From a virus (Duplodnaviria > Caudoviricetes), in IMG/VR virus record IMGVR_UViG_3300014656_000032, positions 1-58,866 of that record: a DNA stretch of 58,866 bases. One strand, 5' to 3'. Below the pieces are notes generated by a model that saw only the letters and a program-made list of their open reading frames with translations, had not been told where the DNA came from and did not search any database. Below, one piece after another: positions 16,141 to 24,564 of this stretch; the stretch's first letter is position 1, and the number at the start of each line of letters is the position of its first letter. The translations under genes were made by a program, and so were the position numbers.

Positions 16141-16769
16141 TTATGGTGACAGATTGGGAGCAGAACAGCCCTGAATGGGACGCCGCCAGAGTCGGGAATC
16201 CCGGCGCGTCCGAGTTCTCGCGGATAATAACCACAACCGGCCAGAGATCCAAGCAACGCGAGAAGTTTCTGTGGACGATGGCCGGAGAAATCATGACTGG
16301 GCGCAAGGCGTCATCGTACAGCAACTATGCCATGCAGCGTGGCCACGAGAACGAATCCGCCGCCCGGAACGATTACGCCACGATTTACGGGGTTGATATT
16401 GTCCAGGTTGGCATGTGCTACCGGGACGAACGCAAGATGTATCACTGCAGCCCGGACGGACTCGTACCCGATCTGAATATCGGTTTTGAGACGAAAGACG
16501 CTCAACCCGATATACAGGTAGAACGCATTCTAAACGGCCCACAAGCCTTCGAAAAGGAGCACTACACCCAGGTACAGGGAAACCTGTTCGTGACCGGATA
16601 TGACGCTTGGGATCTCCAGAGCTACTGTGTAGGGTGGAGACCCAACCCGGCCTTCGTGGTCCGCGTGTACCCCGACATGAAATTCCACGAAATCTTGGAA
16701 GCGGAACTGGAACGGTTCTGCCTGGACCTGGCCGTTCTAGTCAAGAAACTGAAGGAGTCAAACCGATGA
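16137..16769 (+). CDS. YqaJ/lambda exonuclease-family recombination nuclease
   Basis: EQNSPEWDAARVG..GAS, AMQRGHENE..AR, CSPDGL, FETK, QVQG. Confidence 0.92.
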   Translation: MIMVTDWEQNSPEWDAARVGNPGASEFSRIITTTGQRSKQREKFLWTMAGEIMTGRKASSYSNYAMQRGHENESAARNDYATIYGVDIVQVGMCYRDERKMYHCSPDGLVPDLNIGFETKDAQPDIQVERILNGPQAFEKEHYTQVQGNLFVTGYDAWDLQSYCVGWRPNPAFVVRVYPDMKFHEILEAELERFCLDLAVLVKKLKESNR

Positions 16770-16954
16770 AATGGCCCAAGATCGGAATGATAGCTCTCAA
16801 CGGACGGCAGGTGTCCGGCACTGTCGTCCGCGAAGGAGCGAAGCGGGTGTGGCTCAGGCTCGACGACACCCCTAATACACCGACGATACAGCGTCGGAAA
16901 CAGCAGGTTCGTCTCCTGTTCGGGGACACCTGGAAGGGGGAACAATGCAAGTAG
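16766..16954 (+). CDS. Small hypothetical protein
   Basis: AAGGAG SD, ATGA overlap. Confidence 0.55.
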   Translation: MKWPKIGMIALNGRQVSGTVVREGAKRVWLRLDDTPNTPTIQRRKQQVRLLFGDTWKGEQCK

Positions 16955-17913
16955 CGGTTACAGCGGTTACAAATGAATACGGTATTAGAGACGTGGACCT
17001 GGCAGGACTCCGTGACGCATACGGGGTGTCGGATGAGAGAATCCGGGCGGTGTGTGAACAGTACCGGGATCTCATCGTAACCGATCCGTCAGATAAGGAT
17101 CAGGCGGCCATTGTCCACGAGGCGAGGCTAGAACTCAAAAGAGCCCGCATCAAGATCGTGAAGGTCCACAAACAAATCAAGGAGGATGCCCTGGCCTATT
17201 GCCGGGCGTGCGACGGAGAGAAGAACCGCCTTGTCGGCCCGTTGGCCGAAGAGGAAAAGCGGCTGGAGGCAGAGGAACAGAAACACATAGATTACATCAA
17301 AGAGCAGGCAAGACTCGCGGAAGAAGCTGCCCGTGCGATTATCGATGGCAGAATCGCAGAGTTGGTGAAGTACGGCGTCAGCATGCCGTACATGGACCTC
17401 GCAGTGATGAGCAATGAAGAATACTGCGATACCCTTGCTCGTGCCGAATCCGAACATACGAAGCGGCTTGCCGAAGAGGTTGAAAGAGAAGCGGTTCGGC
17501 AGGCTGAAGATGCTCGTCTCCAGAAAGAACGAGCGGAACAAGCAGAACGGCAACGCCAGCTGGACGCAGAGTTGGCGGCTTTCCTGGCCGAGCGGAAGGC
17601 GTTTGAACAGGAAAAGGCGGAGGCCGAAGCCAAGATCAAGGCAGAAGAGGATGCCAAGGCCGCAGCCGAAGCCGCGGCGCGTGCTCAGATTGAACGTGAC
17701 GAGCAGAAGGCCAAGGACAAGGCACGGCAGAAAGCATTGAAGCCGGACAGGAAAGCACTGACACAATACGTTGACGATCTGGCAACCGCATTTGCAAACA
17801 TACCCGAGCCAACACTTGAGCATGCGGAATCCAGAATGATATGCAAGAGCGTGGTAGCATTCATCCTGTCTGCACTGGCCCAAGCGAAATCAACAGTGGA
17901 GTCCTATACCTGA
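16945..17913 (+). CDS. Coiled-coil protein (DUF1351-like)
   Basis: EARLELKRARIKI...K.IKEDAL; long E/A/K/R-rich helix; typical neighbour of recombination genes. Confidence 0.7.
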   Translation: MQVAVTAVTNEYGIRDVDLAGLRDAYGVSDERIRAVCEQYRDLIVTDPSDKDQAAIVHEARLELKRARIKIVKVHKQIKEDALAYCRACDGEKNRLVGPLAEEEKRLEAEEQKHIDYIKEQARLAEEAARAIIDGRIAELVKYGVSMPYMDLAVMSNEEYCDTLARAESEHTKRLAEEVEREAVRQAEDARLQKERAEQAERQRQLDAELAAFLAERKAFEQEKAEAEAKIKAEEDAKAAAEAAARAQIERDEQKAKDKARQKALKPDRKALTQYVDDLATAFANIPEPTLEHAESRMICKSVVAFILSALAQAKSTVESYT

Positions 17914-18341
17914 TGCACACCTTCTACTGCAACCCGAAAGACGGCAACCTGAACTTGGAACACCCTGTGGCGTTCCGCGAAGCCGTTAAACTCCTTAGGC
18001 GCCGTAGGCACGTGATCGAAATCAGGGAATACACCGATCGCAGATCTCTCGGCGCCAACGCCTACTATTGGGCGGTGGTGATAGCACATTTCATGGAAGA
18101 GACGGGCCTGGTGGACAGCCAGAGCAACCGAGAATATATGCACTACGATGTACTTGGGCAGGAACTTAGAATGGTTGATGACGAACTCAGGCCCGGCAAA
18201 CAGCGTATGGCACAGACGCACACCATGACTGCAAGCGAATTCTGGAAGTACATTCGTCGGTGTGAACTACTGTTTCACGACTTTTTCAACGGCTCGTTCC
18301 CGCCGCCCAGGAGTCTCGGGTATGATACGGCCAAACCCTAA
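17913..18341 (+). CDS. NinB/YbcN-like recombination accessory protein
   Basis: RRSLGANAYYWAVV...HY...THTMTASEFWKYI. Confidence 0.75.
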   Translation: MHTFYCNPKDGNLNLEHPVAFREAVKLLRRRRHVIEIREYTDRRSLGANAYYWAVVIAHFMEETGLVDSQSNREYMHYDVLGQELRMVDDELRPGKQRMAQTHTMTASEFWKYIRRCELLFHDFFNGSFPPPRSLGYDTAKP

Positions 18342-18633
18342 ACTAACCACGATCCGAGCCACCCCCTACCGGATGTGGCTCCGAACTCAGAAGTGTGTGT
18401 GCTGTGGCAGGTTCGCGGTTCCTGGAGAACTCGACGTAGTTCCGATGCACCACGGAGGCGGCATGGCAACCAAGGGCGATGACGATGACGCGCTGCCTGG
18501 CTGTGTCTGGTGTCATGCCCGTGAACATGCTGCTCCGCAAGGGTTTTGGAGTGGTGTTCTCTCTGATACGGGACTCACCCGGGACGATCTGGTTCAACAA
18601 CATAGGAAGTGGTACAAGGAGGAAACCGAATGA
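18322..18633 (+). CDS. HNH-like zinc-binding nuclease (DUF968/DUF1364-like)
   Basis: Y..WLR...CVCCG...HH.GGM..K.DD..ALPGC..CH...H. Confidence 0.8.
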   Translation: MIRPNPKLTTIRATPYRMWLRTQKCVCCGRFAVPGELDVVPMHHGGGMATKGDDDDALPGCVWCHAREHAAPQGFWSGVLSDTGLTRDDLVQQHRKWYKEETE

Positions 18634-18842
18634 CAAAGAAGACCGAACTGATAGGGGATCTGGTTGTTCTGATAGCTGTGCTATTCGCAGTGCTTATGGT
18701 CGATGATCGATACGACACGATTTCCAATGAACTCAAATCCATCACTTACGACATAAGCCGGATTGATACCGAACTTGATAAGATCCGATTCCAGATCGAT
18801 CCGACATACAGCATAACAGTTCACGAAAGGAGCATGAAATGA
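18630..18842 (+). CDS. Small membrane-anchored protein
   Basis: AAGGAGG SD; N-terminal hydrophobic segment followed by a short coiled coil. Confidence 0.6.
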   Translation: MTKKTELIGDLVVLIAVLFAVLMVDDRYDTISNELKSITYDISRIDTELDKIRFQIDPTYSITVHERSMK

Positions 18843-19561
18843 GTAAAACATTCAGACTGACGCTGTGCGAAAGGTGCTATGACAGGGTTCCGGCGAACCG
18901 ACTCACGGGGATACTACGTGATCCGGGGCATCCAGAGTATGATGAGGATTGGGCCTGTCATATGTGCGGGAATGAAGATGGCAATCGCTCGTACATTGAG
19001 ATCCTCACTGACATGGAGTTTGTTATTGGGCTGATGTTTACTTCTTTGGCGGACATCCTACAGATGCAGACTACACAATATACCACTTTCACTGATTTCG
19101 ATAACGGCATTCCCGAAAGGGTGCGCAAACTGTGCGCGAACTGGCGGCGGAGAATTGAGACGACTTCTCGGAGCAGTTTCGCAAGTATTGCGAGGCTGGT
19201 TCCGGTGATGGAAGCGACGATATGGCCCGCGCTTGAGGATAAGGAGGACAAAATGAAGGCACTTGCATATCGCAACTACGTACCAGAACAAGGCGGTTAT
19301 CTCTGCTCTGCTTGTGTTGAGCGAGATCAAAAGCAGTTTGATTATCCGCACCTGTTTTTTCGCACGACAATGCCAGAAAAAGTTGACGAAAAGGTACGGT
19401 GCGCGTGGTGTGGATACTGGGTTGGTGGGCATGACGCAAAGTGTGCGGCGGAACGAATTGCTGCCATGCTTGATAGAAGGTTTGGGCGGAGAGAGAAAAA
19501 CAAACGGATTCACCGCCCACGGAAGCGCGGCCCGAATCGAACGGGAAACAATGGAGGGTAG
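18839..19561 (+). CDS. Cys-rich hypothetical protein; probably two zinc-finger genes fused (second start at 19253)
   Basis: Four CxxC motifs; internal AAGGAGG-N5-ATG in frame. Confidence 0.65.
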   Translation: MSKTFRLTLCERCYDRVPANRLTGILRDPGHPEYDEDWACHMCGNEDGNRSYIEILTDMEFVIGLMFTSLADILQMQTTQYTTFTDFDNGIPERVRKLCANWRRRIETTSRSSFASIARLVPVMEATIWPALEDKEDKMKALAYRNYVPEQGGYLCSACVERDQKQFDYPHLFFRTTMPEKVDEKVRCAWCGYWVGGHDAKCAAERIAAMLDRRFGRREKNKRIHRPRKRGPNRTGNNGG

Positions 19562-19641
19562 GCCCCTCCGCTCAGAAAGCCCGGTTATGGGCTGTGCTTC
19601 CGATATTCTGCAAATCCTAATCGATCAAAAGGAGACGTATA

Positions 19642-19938
19642 ATGGACATACACAGGAGCAAAGAGGAAGTAGCTATTAATGACACACAGTCAGTTATCGC
19701 GGCACTGGAGACATTGCACGACAAGAGTGACAAGATGAGCAAATTGATCTTAGAAATCGAGGGCCGGCTGAAGATGGTAGTTGGGGATCAAATCCAAAAC
19801 CCCCCACATGGTACAAGAGGGGTAGGGAAAATAGAAGAAGCTGTCTGCCCATTGGCTCATTCCATGCGATCGGTAGCCTACAAAATGGAAAACCAAATTT
19901 TACAACTGGAATCTTTACTGTCGAGGCTTCAACTGTAA
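19642..19938 (+). CDS. Hypothetical helical protein
   Basis: AAGGAG SD; 98 aa. Confidence 0.7.
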   Translation: MDIHRSKEEVAINDTQSVIAALETLHDKSDKMSKLILEIEGRLKMVVGDQIQNPPHGTRGVGKIEEAVCPLAHSMRSVAYKMENQILQLESLLSRLQL

Positions 19939-20095
19939 CCACGCCCGCCCACTGACGGACAAGGGCTGAGGCGTCCAGGATGTCTCGGGCGTGTATAACC
20001 ATAGTACCGGGGGCGGATTAAACCGGCTGAGGGGCCAATGGAGTGTTCTGGAGAAACCCCCGGCGCTTATCACAGATGGGCAAGGAGAATGAGCT

Positions 20096-20347
20096 ATGAC
20101 AAAAGGGATGAGCGATGTAAGCGTAAGTGTAGCGCTGGAGGGCGTGCAGAATATCAGAGAAGTACTTGTCACAGTCAGCACATATACGCGAGAAGACAAC
20201 GGAAAGGTCGCAGCTTTGTTGATGATAGATTATAACGATGGGAGTACCTGCGCATGGATACATATGGACGAGACGGCGTTTGTGAGCCTGAAAAATTCTA
20301 TTGTATCGGCATGTGACAAGTACTTCGGTGATAAGTACCCGAGATAA
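20096..20347 (+). CDS. Hypothetical protein
   Basis: AAGGAG upstream; 83 aa. Confidence 0.6.
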   Translation: MTKGMSDVSVSVALEGVQNIREVLVTVSTYTREDNGKVAALLMIDYNDGSTCAWIHMDETAFVSLKNSIVSACDKYFGDKYPR

Positions 20348-20359
20348 AAGGAGGCCCAA

Positions 20360-20542
20360 ATGAGCAAATCCAGAGTTTCATGGTCACAAAAAGATGGCAA
20401 GAAGGTATTTGCCCAAGATTGCGACGAAATCCATGTAACAGACGAAACATTAACCGTATTCCATAATGATGAAAAGAAAGTAATTAATCTTATGGGGATC
20501 AAAGATGTCACCTTCTACCCTAAATCTTCTCGTAAGTTGTAA
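20360..20542 (+). CDS. Hypothetical protein
   Basis: AAGGAGG SD; lies between 26-bp direct repeats. Confidence 0.7.
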   Translation: MSKSRVSWSQKDGKKVFAQDCDEIHVTDETLTVFHNDEKKVINLMGIKDVTFYPKSSRKL

Positions 20543-20717
20543 GGTTCTTTTGGACGAGACGGCGTTTGTGAGCCTGGACAAGAAGATCAGAATCTCCGTT
20601 GCCAAGAAGTTCAAGCTCCACGAAGATGCAATCACCCAGGGATTCTCATGGCAACATATGGAAAATAACAATTATTTTTCCACCTATTACACTGTTATCT
20701 GTACGGGAGTATGGGCA

Positions 20718-20888
20718 ATGAAGCGATTTAACATTGAGTGGGATAAGGAATACGGGCAAGACAAAAGAACCGGGTGGTCCGTCTGTATAGATGGTTCATT
20801 TGTAGCAAAACTCGAAAGGTATTTCTTGGTCGCATTGATAAAATCACTTTGGGTTTATTTTTATATTTGGGAGAAAGAATACAGATAA
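20718..20888 (+). CDS. Small AT-rich hypothetical protein with gene-cassette-like boundaries
   Basis: GGGAG SD; GTTATCT at 20694 upstream, complementary AGATAAC overlapping the stop. Confidence 0.65.
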   Translation: MKRFNIEWDKEYGQDKRTGWSVCIDGSFVAKLERYFLVALIKSLWVYFYIWEKEYR

Positions 20889-20913
20889 CAAGCGGGTAGA
20901 GTCGGACGCTAAT

Positions 20914-21036
20914 ATGACAGGTAGAGAACACGGCATCAAGAACGGGTGGTTTATGTATCCATTGTTATTTGATCCAACATGGAAAACGAAACTATGCCAA
21001 AATTTTGAACCAAAGTCGGGAGGGCGAAATGAATAA
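20914..21036 (+). pseudogene. Probable C-terminal fragment of a phage hypothetical protein
   Basis: HGIKNGWFMYPLLFDPTWKTKLCQNFEPK; no SD, abuts a truncated attC-like arm. Confidence 0.4.
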
Positions 21037-21370
21037 CAGAGGAGGCATATTAACTATCTTGGCTCGTGCAATACTCATTTTTGCAATAAGCTTCTGCTTG
21101 GTTGATATGTATCAAGACAGTGGCAGACAGTATGACAGGGTTAATCTTGATACGGTTCGTTATGTGAACGTTCCGGTGGACAACGAGACTCTTAGTGCCG
21201 CCCTCCTTGCCGAGGCCTTTAACATTGTTCCAACTATGGCAGGTATGTTTAACGGTATCACAGCCTTTAATCAAGATATAAGTGATTGGGATACATCGAG
21301 TGTTACAACTGTGTCAAATATGTTTCTCAATGCCGACGCAAGCAGAATGGTATTGAATAAGGCCCATTAA
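21029..21370 (+). CDS. Membrane-anchored protein with a single DUF285/BspA-type repeat
   Basis: GGAGGG SD; N-terminal TM segment; MAGMFNGITAFNQDISDWDTSSVTTVSNMF. Confidence 0.7.
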   Translation: MNNRGGILTILARAILIFAISFCLVDMYQDSGRQYDRVNLDTVRYVNVPVDNETLSAALLAEAFNIVPTMAGMFNGITAFNQDISDWDTSSVTTVSNMFLNADASRMVLNKAH

Positions 21371-21390
21371 CGTTCAGGAGATAAGAAAAA

Positions 21391-21630
21391 ATGAATAAAA
21401 CGAGAATACAGGACATTGTGGCCAGTTTAACGTTGGCTATCCATGCCGTCATAAAAGACGACAATCAGATTGGATTCGCTTTGTTTGTCTTTGACTTGAA
21501 AACCATGATGGCTCAATGTGTCACGAACGGAGATAGAAAACAAATCTTTGCTGCGGTTCGTGAGCAGATGGACAAGACAGAAAACGAGGCGAAGAATCCC
21601 CGCAACAATCCGTTTCATAATTTGCAGTAG
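21391..21630 (+). CDS. Hypothetical protein
   Basis: AGGAG SD; IGFALFVFD...VTNGDR. Confidence 0.7.
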   Translation: MNKTRIQDIVASLTLAIHAVIKDDNQIGFALFVFDLKTMMAQCVTNGDRKQIFAAVREQMDKTENEAKNPRNNPFHNLQ

Positions 21631-21722
21631 ATTCGACCAACTGACAAAGGAGGTAGAAGTAGCGGAGACATCTCCCGAGGACTGCTTGAGATAGGAAAGG
21701 CATACAAGGAGCGAATTGGCGT

Positions 21723-22778
21723 ATGGCAATCATAAATATGTTTAATCCGCTGACTCCGAACGAAATTTACCACGGAGACTCCAGAAATCTATTAAATAGA
21801 ATTGAGAAAGATTCAATTGCACTAAGTGTATGGTCTCCGCCTTATTTCGTTGGAAAAGAATATGAAAAAGATTTGGCATTTGACGATTGGAAAAACCTAT
21901 TAAGAGATGTTATTGCTTTGCACTTTCCAATTATCAAGCCTGGTGGATTTTTGGTGATCAATATTGCCGATATTTTATGCTTTAGAGATGAAGGTATGCC
22001 AAAAATTATGGCCGAAAACATCTCCCGAAGAAAAATCTCGCTTTCCAAAGAAGATATATTGGCAGTCAAGAAAAAACATCCTGACTGGAACAGATACAAA
22101 CTCGCAGAACACTTCGGATGTAGTGAACAAACTATAGATAGAAGGCTTAATGGAAATAATATAAGGGGTGGGAAATACCAATCACAAACCAGAGTTTTCT
22201 TAGTTGGAGGAATAATAGAAGAGGCAGCTTTATCCGCTGGATTCTACTTGTATGATCGTAGGATATGGGTAAAAGATGCAGCATGGGAAAATTCACGGTG
22301 GCACACTATATCCTATCGTTCTGTAGACGAATCTGAATATCTTTACATTTTTTGGAAACCGGGAATTACTAAGGTTGATCGTTCAAGGTTATCAAAGGAA
22401 GAATGGGTAAATTGGGGTTCAAGAGGTGTATGGGAAATACCATCTGTTCGTAGCAACGCAGATCACGACTCTAAGTTTCCTGTTGAACTTCCAAGAAGGG
22501 CGATAAAGCTTTTTACTGAACCGGGTGAAATTGTTCTTGATTGTTTTATGGGGAGTGGAACAACTGCGGTGGCAGCCATTAGTGAAGGAAGACAATATAT
22601 TGGAATTGAGAAAGAGGAAAAATCAGTAGCTATCGCAAAAAAGGCTACAGATTCAGTCAATACATATACAAAGGAACCTGTGCAAATGGATTTAATAATC
22701 AAGGAGTTAGAGGCATCACGGAGAATCATCCTACTCCACCGGCACCACCTTATTACAAGAAAGGGAGGCGAGGAATGA
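21723..22778 (+). CDS. AT-rich beta-class N4-cytosine/N6-adenine DNA methyltransferase with internal HTH
   Basis: VWSPPYF, WNRYKLAEHFGCSEQTIDRRL, H.SKFPVELP, VLDCFMGSGTT. Confidence 0.93.
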   Translation: MAIINMFNPLTPNEIYHGDSRNLLNRIEKDSIALSVWSPPYFVGKEYEKDLAFDDWKNLLRDVIALHFPIIKPGGFLVINIADILCFRDEGMPKIMAENISRRKISLSKEDILAVKKKHPDWNRYKLAEHFGCSEQTIDRRLNGNNIRGGKYQSQTRVFLVGGIIEEAALSAGFYLYDRRIWVKDAAWENSRWHTISYRSVDESEYLYIFWKPGITKVDRSRLSKEEWVNWGSRGVWEIPSVRSNADHDSKFPVELPRRAIKLFTEPGEIVLDCFMGSGTTAVAAISEGRQYIGIEKEEKSVAIAKKATDSVNTYTKEPVQMDLIIKELEASRRIILLHRHHLITRKGGEE

Positions 22779-22957
22779 GTGACTACCGGGAGCACGAACT
22801 GAAAACATGGCCTAGCTATGACGAGTGCCAAGGGGATGCGGGGAGTGAGCAGCCCAAAGTAACGCTGATGAATATGCCAGATGAGGTGACGGATCTCATC
22901 CTCAAAGGGGAACAGGCAGAATTGGGGGAGCAGCCCACCTGCCAGGAGGTGGACTGA
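22775..22957 (+). CDS. Short hypothetical protein or gene remnant
   Basis: GGAGG SD, ATGA overlap; N-terminal HELKTWP resembles the start of ASCH/DUF3850 proteins. Confidence 0.4.
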   Translation: MSDYREHELKTWPSYDECQGDAGSEQPKVTLMNMPDEVTDLILKGEQAELGEQPTCQEVD

Positions 22958-22993
22958 CGCCACTCGGCTAATCGTTATACAAGGAGAATTGAT

Positions 22994-23194
22994 ATGAAAA
23001 GATATGCGGCAGTAATAAGAATATCCGAACAGTGCTCACCAGACGATTTCGAATGGAACACATATATCAAAGAGATTCAGCCCGGTACTCAAATAGCCGA
23101 TCTGCTTGATTGGCAAAAAACAATCTTTAAGCACATACAAAGTATTAGGGATGGCGAGTTTTTCTATCCAATGATGATACAACCAATGGAATAA
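22994..23194 (+). CDS. Small AT-rich hypothetical protein with gene-cassette-like boundaries
   Basis: GTTATAC then AAGGAG SD; attC-like left arm just after the stop. Confidence 0.7.
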   Translation: MKRYAAVIRISEQCSPDDFEWNTYIKEIQPGTQIADLLDWQKTIFKHIQSIRDGEFFYPMMIQPME

Positions 23195-23242
23195 ATGTCT
23201 ACCCAGCGGATCGACCTGGCGCCGAAAGTTGGAGTTGAAAAC

Positions 23243-23521
23243 ATGAAGGCTAAAGCGCAGATTGATTTTGAAAATATTGTTAATGATTTAGAGTCGTTGC
23301 TGTCTGATGAAATGGGAGTTGAAGAAGAAAAAGGGGTAGGCCGTTTCATATCGCGAACTGAAGCACTGCGGATTGCCAGAGAAATTCTTGAGATGGCTGA
23401 GCGAGAACGTCTTGTATTCGCTGAATATGAGGCCGCACGAGGTATTCAGTTGGAGAATCATCCTACTCCACCGGCACCTGCACATCCGTCCTGTTTGCCA
23501 CAAACCCCACCAAGTCGCTGA
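23243..23521 (+). CDS. Hypothetical protein (3' end runs into the converging late gene)
   Basis: GGAG SD before MKAKAQ; within ORF 23195..23521. Confidence 0.55.
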   Translation: MKAKAQIDFENIVNDLESLLSDEMGVEEEKGVGRFISRTEALRIAREILEMAERERLVFAEYEAARGIQLENHPTPPAPAHPSCLPQTPPSR

Positions 23522-23720
23522 AGACACGGCCGATGGGCGATAGGGGGTTTCCGCTGCCTTCATTACGAACCCGGATTTCCGTATCGCCCTGTCGCAGATA
23601 CACTTCGCCGTGGGGGACGTTTGTGATCTTATATTGCTGGCCGTCCGGCATAATGATTGTCGGATTGGCAGAACATCCAAGCGCAAACAGGATAAGGATT
23701 GTCCGGGTTATCTTCATCAT
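23463..23720 (-). CDS. Small lipoprotein, candidate spanin component
   Basis: MMKITRTILILFALG-C lipobox-like signal; last gene of the lysis cassette. Confidence 0.6.
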   Translation of the reverse strand: MMKITRTILILFALGCSANPTIIMPDGQQYKITNVPHGEVYLRQGDTEIRVRNEGSGNPLSPIGRVFSDLVGFVANRTDVQVPVE

Positions 23721-24151
23721 CCACCCCCCGGCAAGGCTGACGAAAGCCCCCCTTCGTGCACGGCCTTGTACCAGTACATCGCCCGAAACCCGCACATCCC
23801 ATCTTCCAGCAGTATGCGATACAGCAGCGCGTCCGCGTAGTCCCTTACCCACCACGGAACCGCTTCAACCCTCAGCAGGCGGTACAGGGTGTCATGAACC
23901 AAACTCCCGCGTATGGACGACTTCGTGTCGATTGTAAAGTTGCTCGGGCCGTTCCACCAAAAACCCATAAAGATAATCAGGGTGCCAGTCGGACATAGAT
24001 GAACACGGCCCCTGCTCTCGGGGTTAAGATCCAGCACGAGCCCCTTGATGTTCGTCTGGATGTTGTAGTCTTTCAGTAGGACGTACTCGTTGTTTATCAG
24101 ACGCCACCGCTTCAATATCCGGTAGCATATCCCGTGATGTTCGCGTGTCAT
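23717..24151 (-). CDS. DUF1353-like protein
   Basis: GF.WNGPS...SLVHDTLY...R..AD.L....L.EDGM...RA..WY.AV...G. Confidence 0.75.
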   Translation of the reverse strand: MTREHHGICYRILKRWRLINNEYVLLKDYNIQTNIKGLVLDLNPESRGRVHLCPTGTLIIFMGFWWNGPSNFTIDTKSSIRGSLVHDTLYRLLRVEAVPWWVRDYADALLYRILLEDGMCGFRAMYWYKAVHEGGLSSALPGGG

Positions 24152-24564
24152 CCCCATAGTCCCGTCCTCATCGCGTTTGCCAGTTCCGTTGCCCGATGTA
24201 TTTTTACGTCTGCGGCCCACTTGCTATCGAGCAGTTCGTCAGCAGCCAATGGGTAATTCTCTTCTCTCAGGGCAGCAAGAAACTTGGTAAAACGCCGTAG
24301 TTTCGTCAGGCCCAGGTTGAACAGCAGCATGATCACCACGTCACGGCGTGCCGGGTTGAGATGATCCAGGTGCAGCTTCTCGAAATCGTCCCTTGCGCTC
24401 TTGGTGTCGTGCCAGAACAGTATGTCGGCCACCTCGCGGGGGATAGGGCTGCCGGCCAGGAAAGCGTGGCCGTACCCGCCTGTAGGGACGCCCTTGGTGT
24501 CGAGATATACCGTGTCGCTATATCCCTCATGGCGCTTGAGTATTTCCGAGAACGATTCTGTCAT
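24148..24564 (-). CDS. Endolysin, T4-lysozyme-like (GH24)
   Basis: HEGYSDTVYLDTKGVPTGGYGH with E-x8-D-x5-T triad; FNLG; AADELLDSKWA. Confidence 0.93.
   Translation of the reverse strand: MTESFSEILKRHEGYSDTVYLDTKGVPTGGYGHAFLAGSPIPREVADILFWHDTKSARDDFEKLHLDHLNPARRDVVIMLLFNLGLTKLRRFTKFLAALREENYPLAADELLDSKWAADVKIHRATELANAMRTGLWG

Noticed and set aside
20007-20063. Hammerhead ribozyme (CTGA...GAAA inside a closing stem)
   Set aside because: Core reads CUGAGGG rather than CUGANGA, stem II closing pair is mismatched and the NUH cleavage triplet is missing
22720-22746. Classical attP of an integrating prophage
   Set aside because: No integrase found and the repeat does not resemble a tRNA 3' end; kept only as a direct-repeat finding
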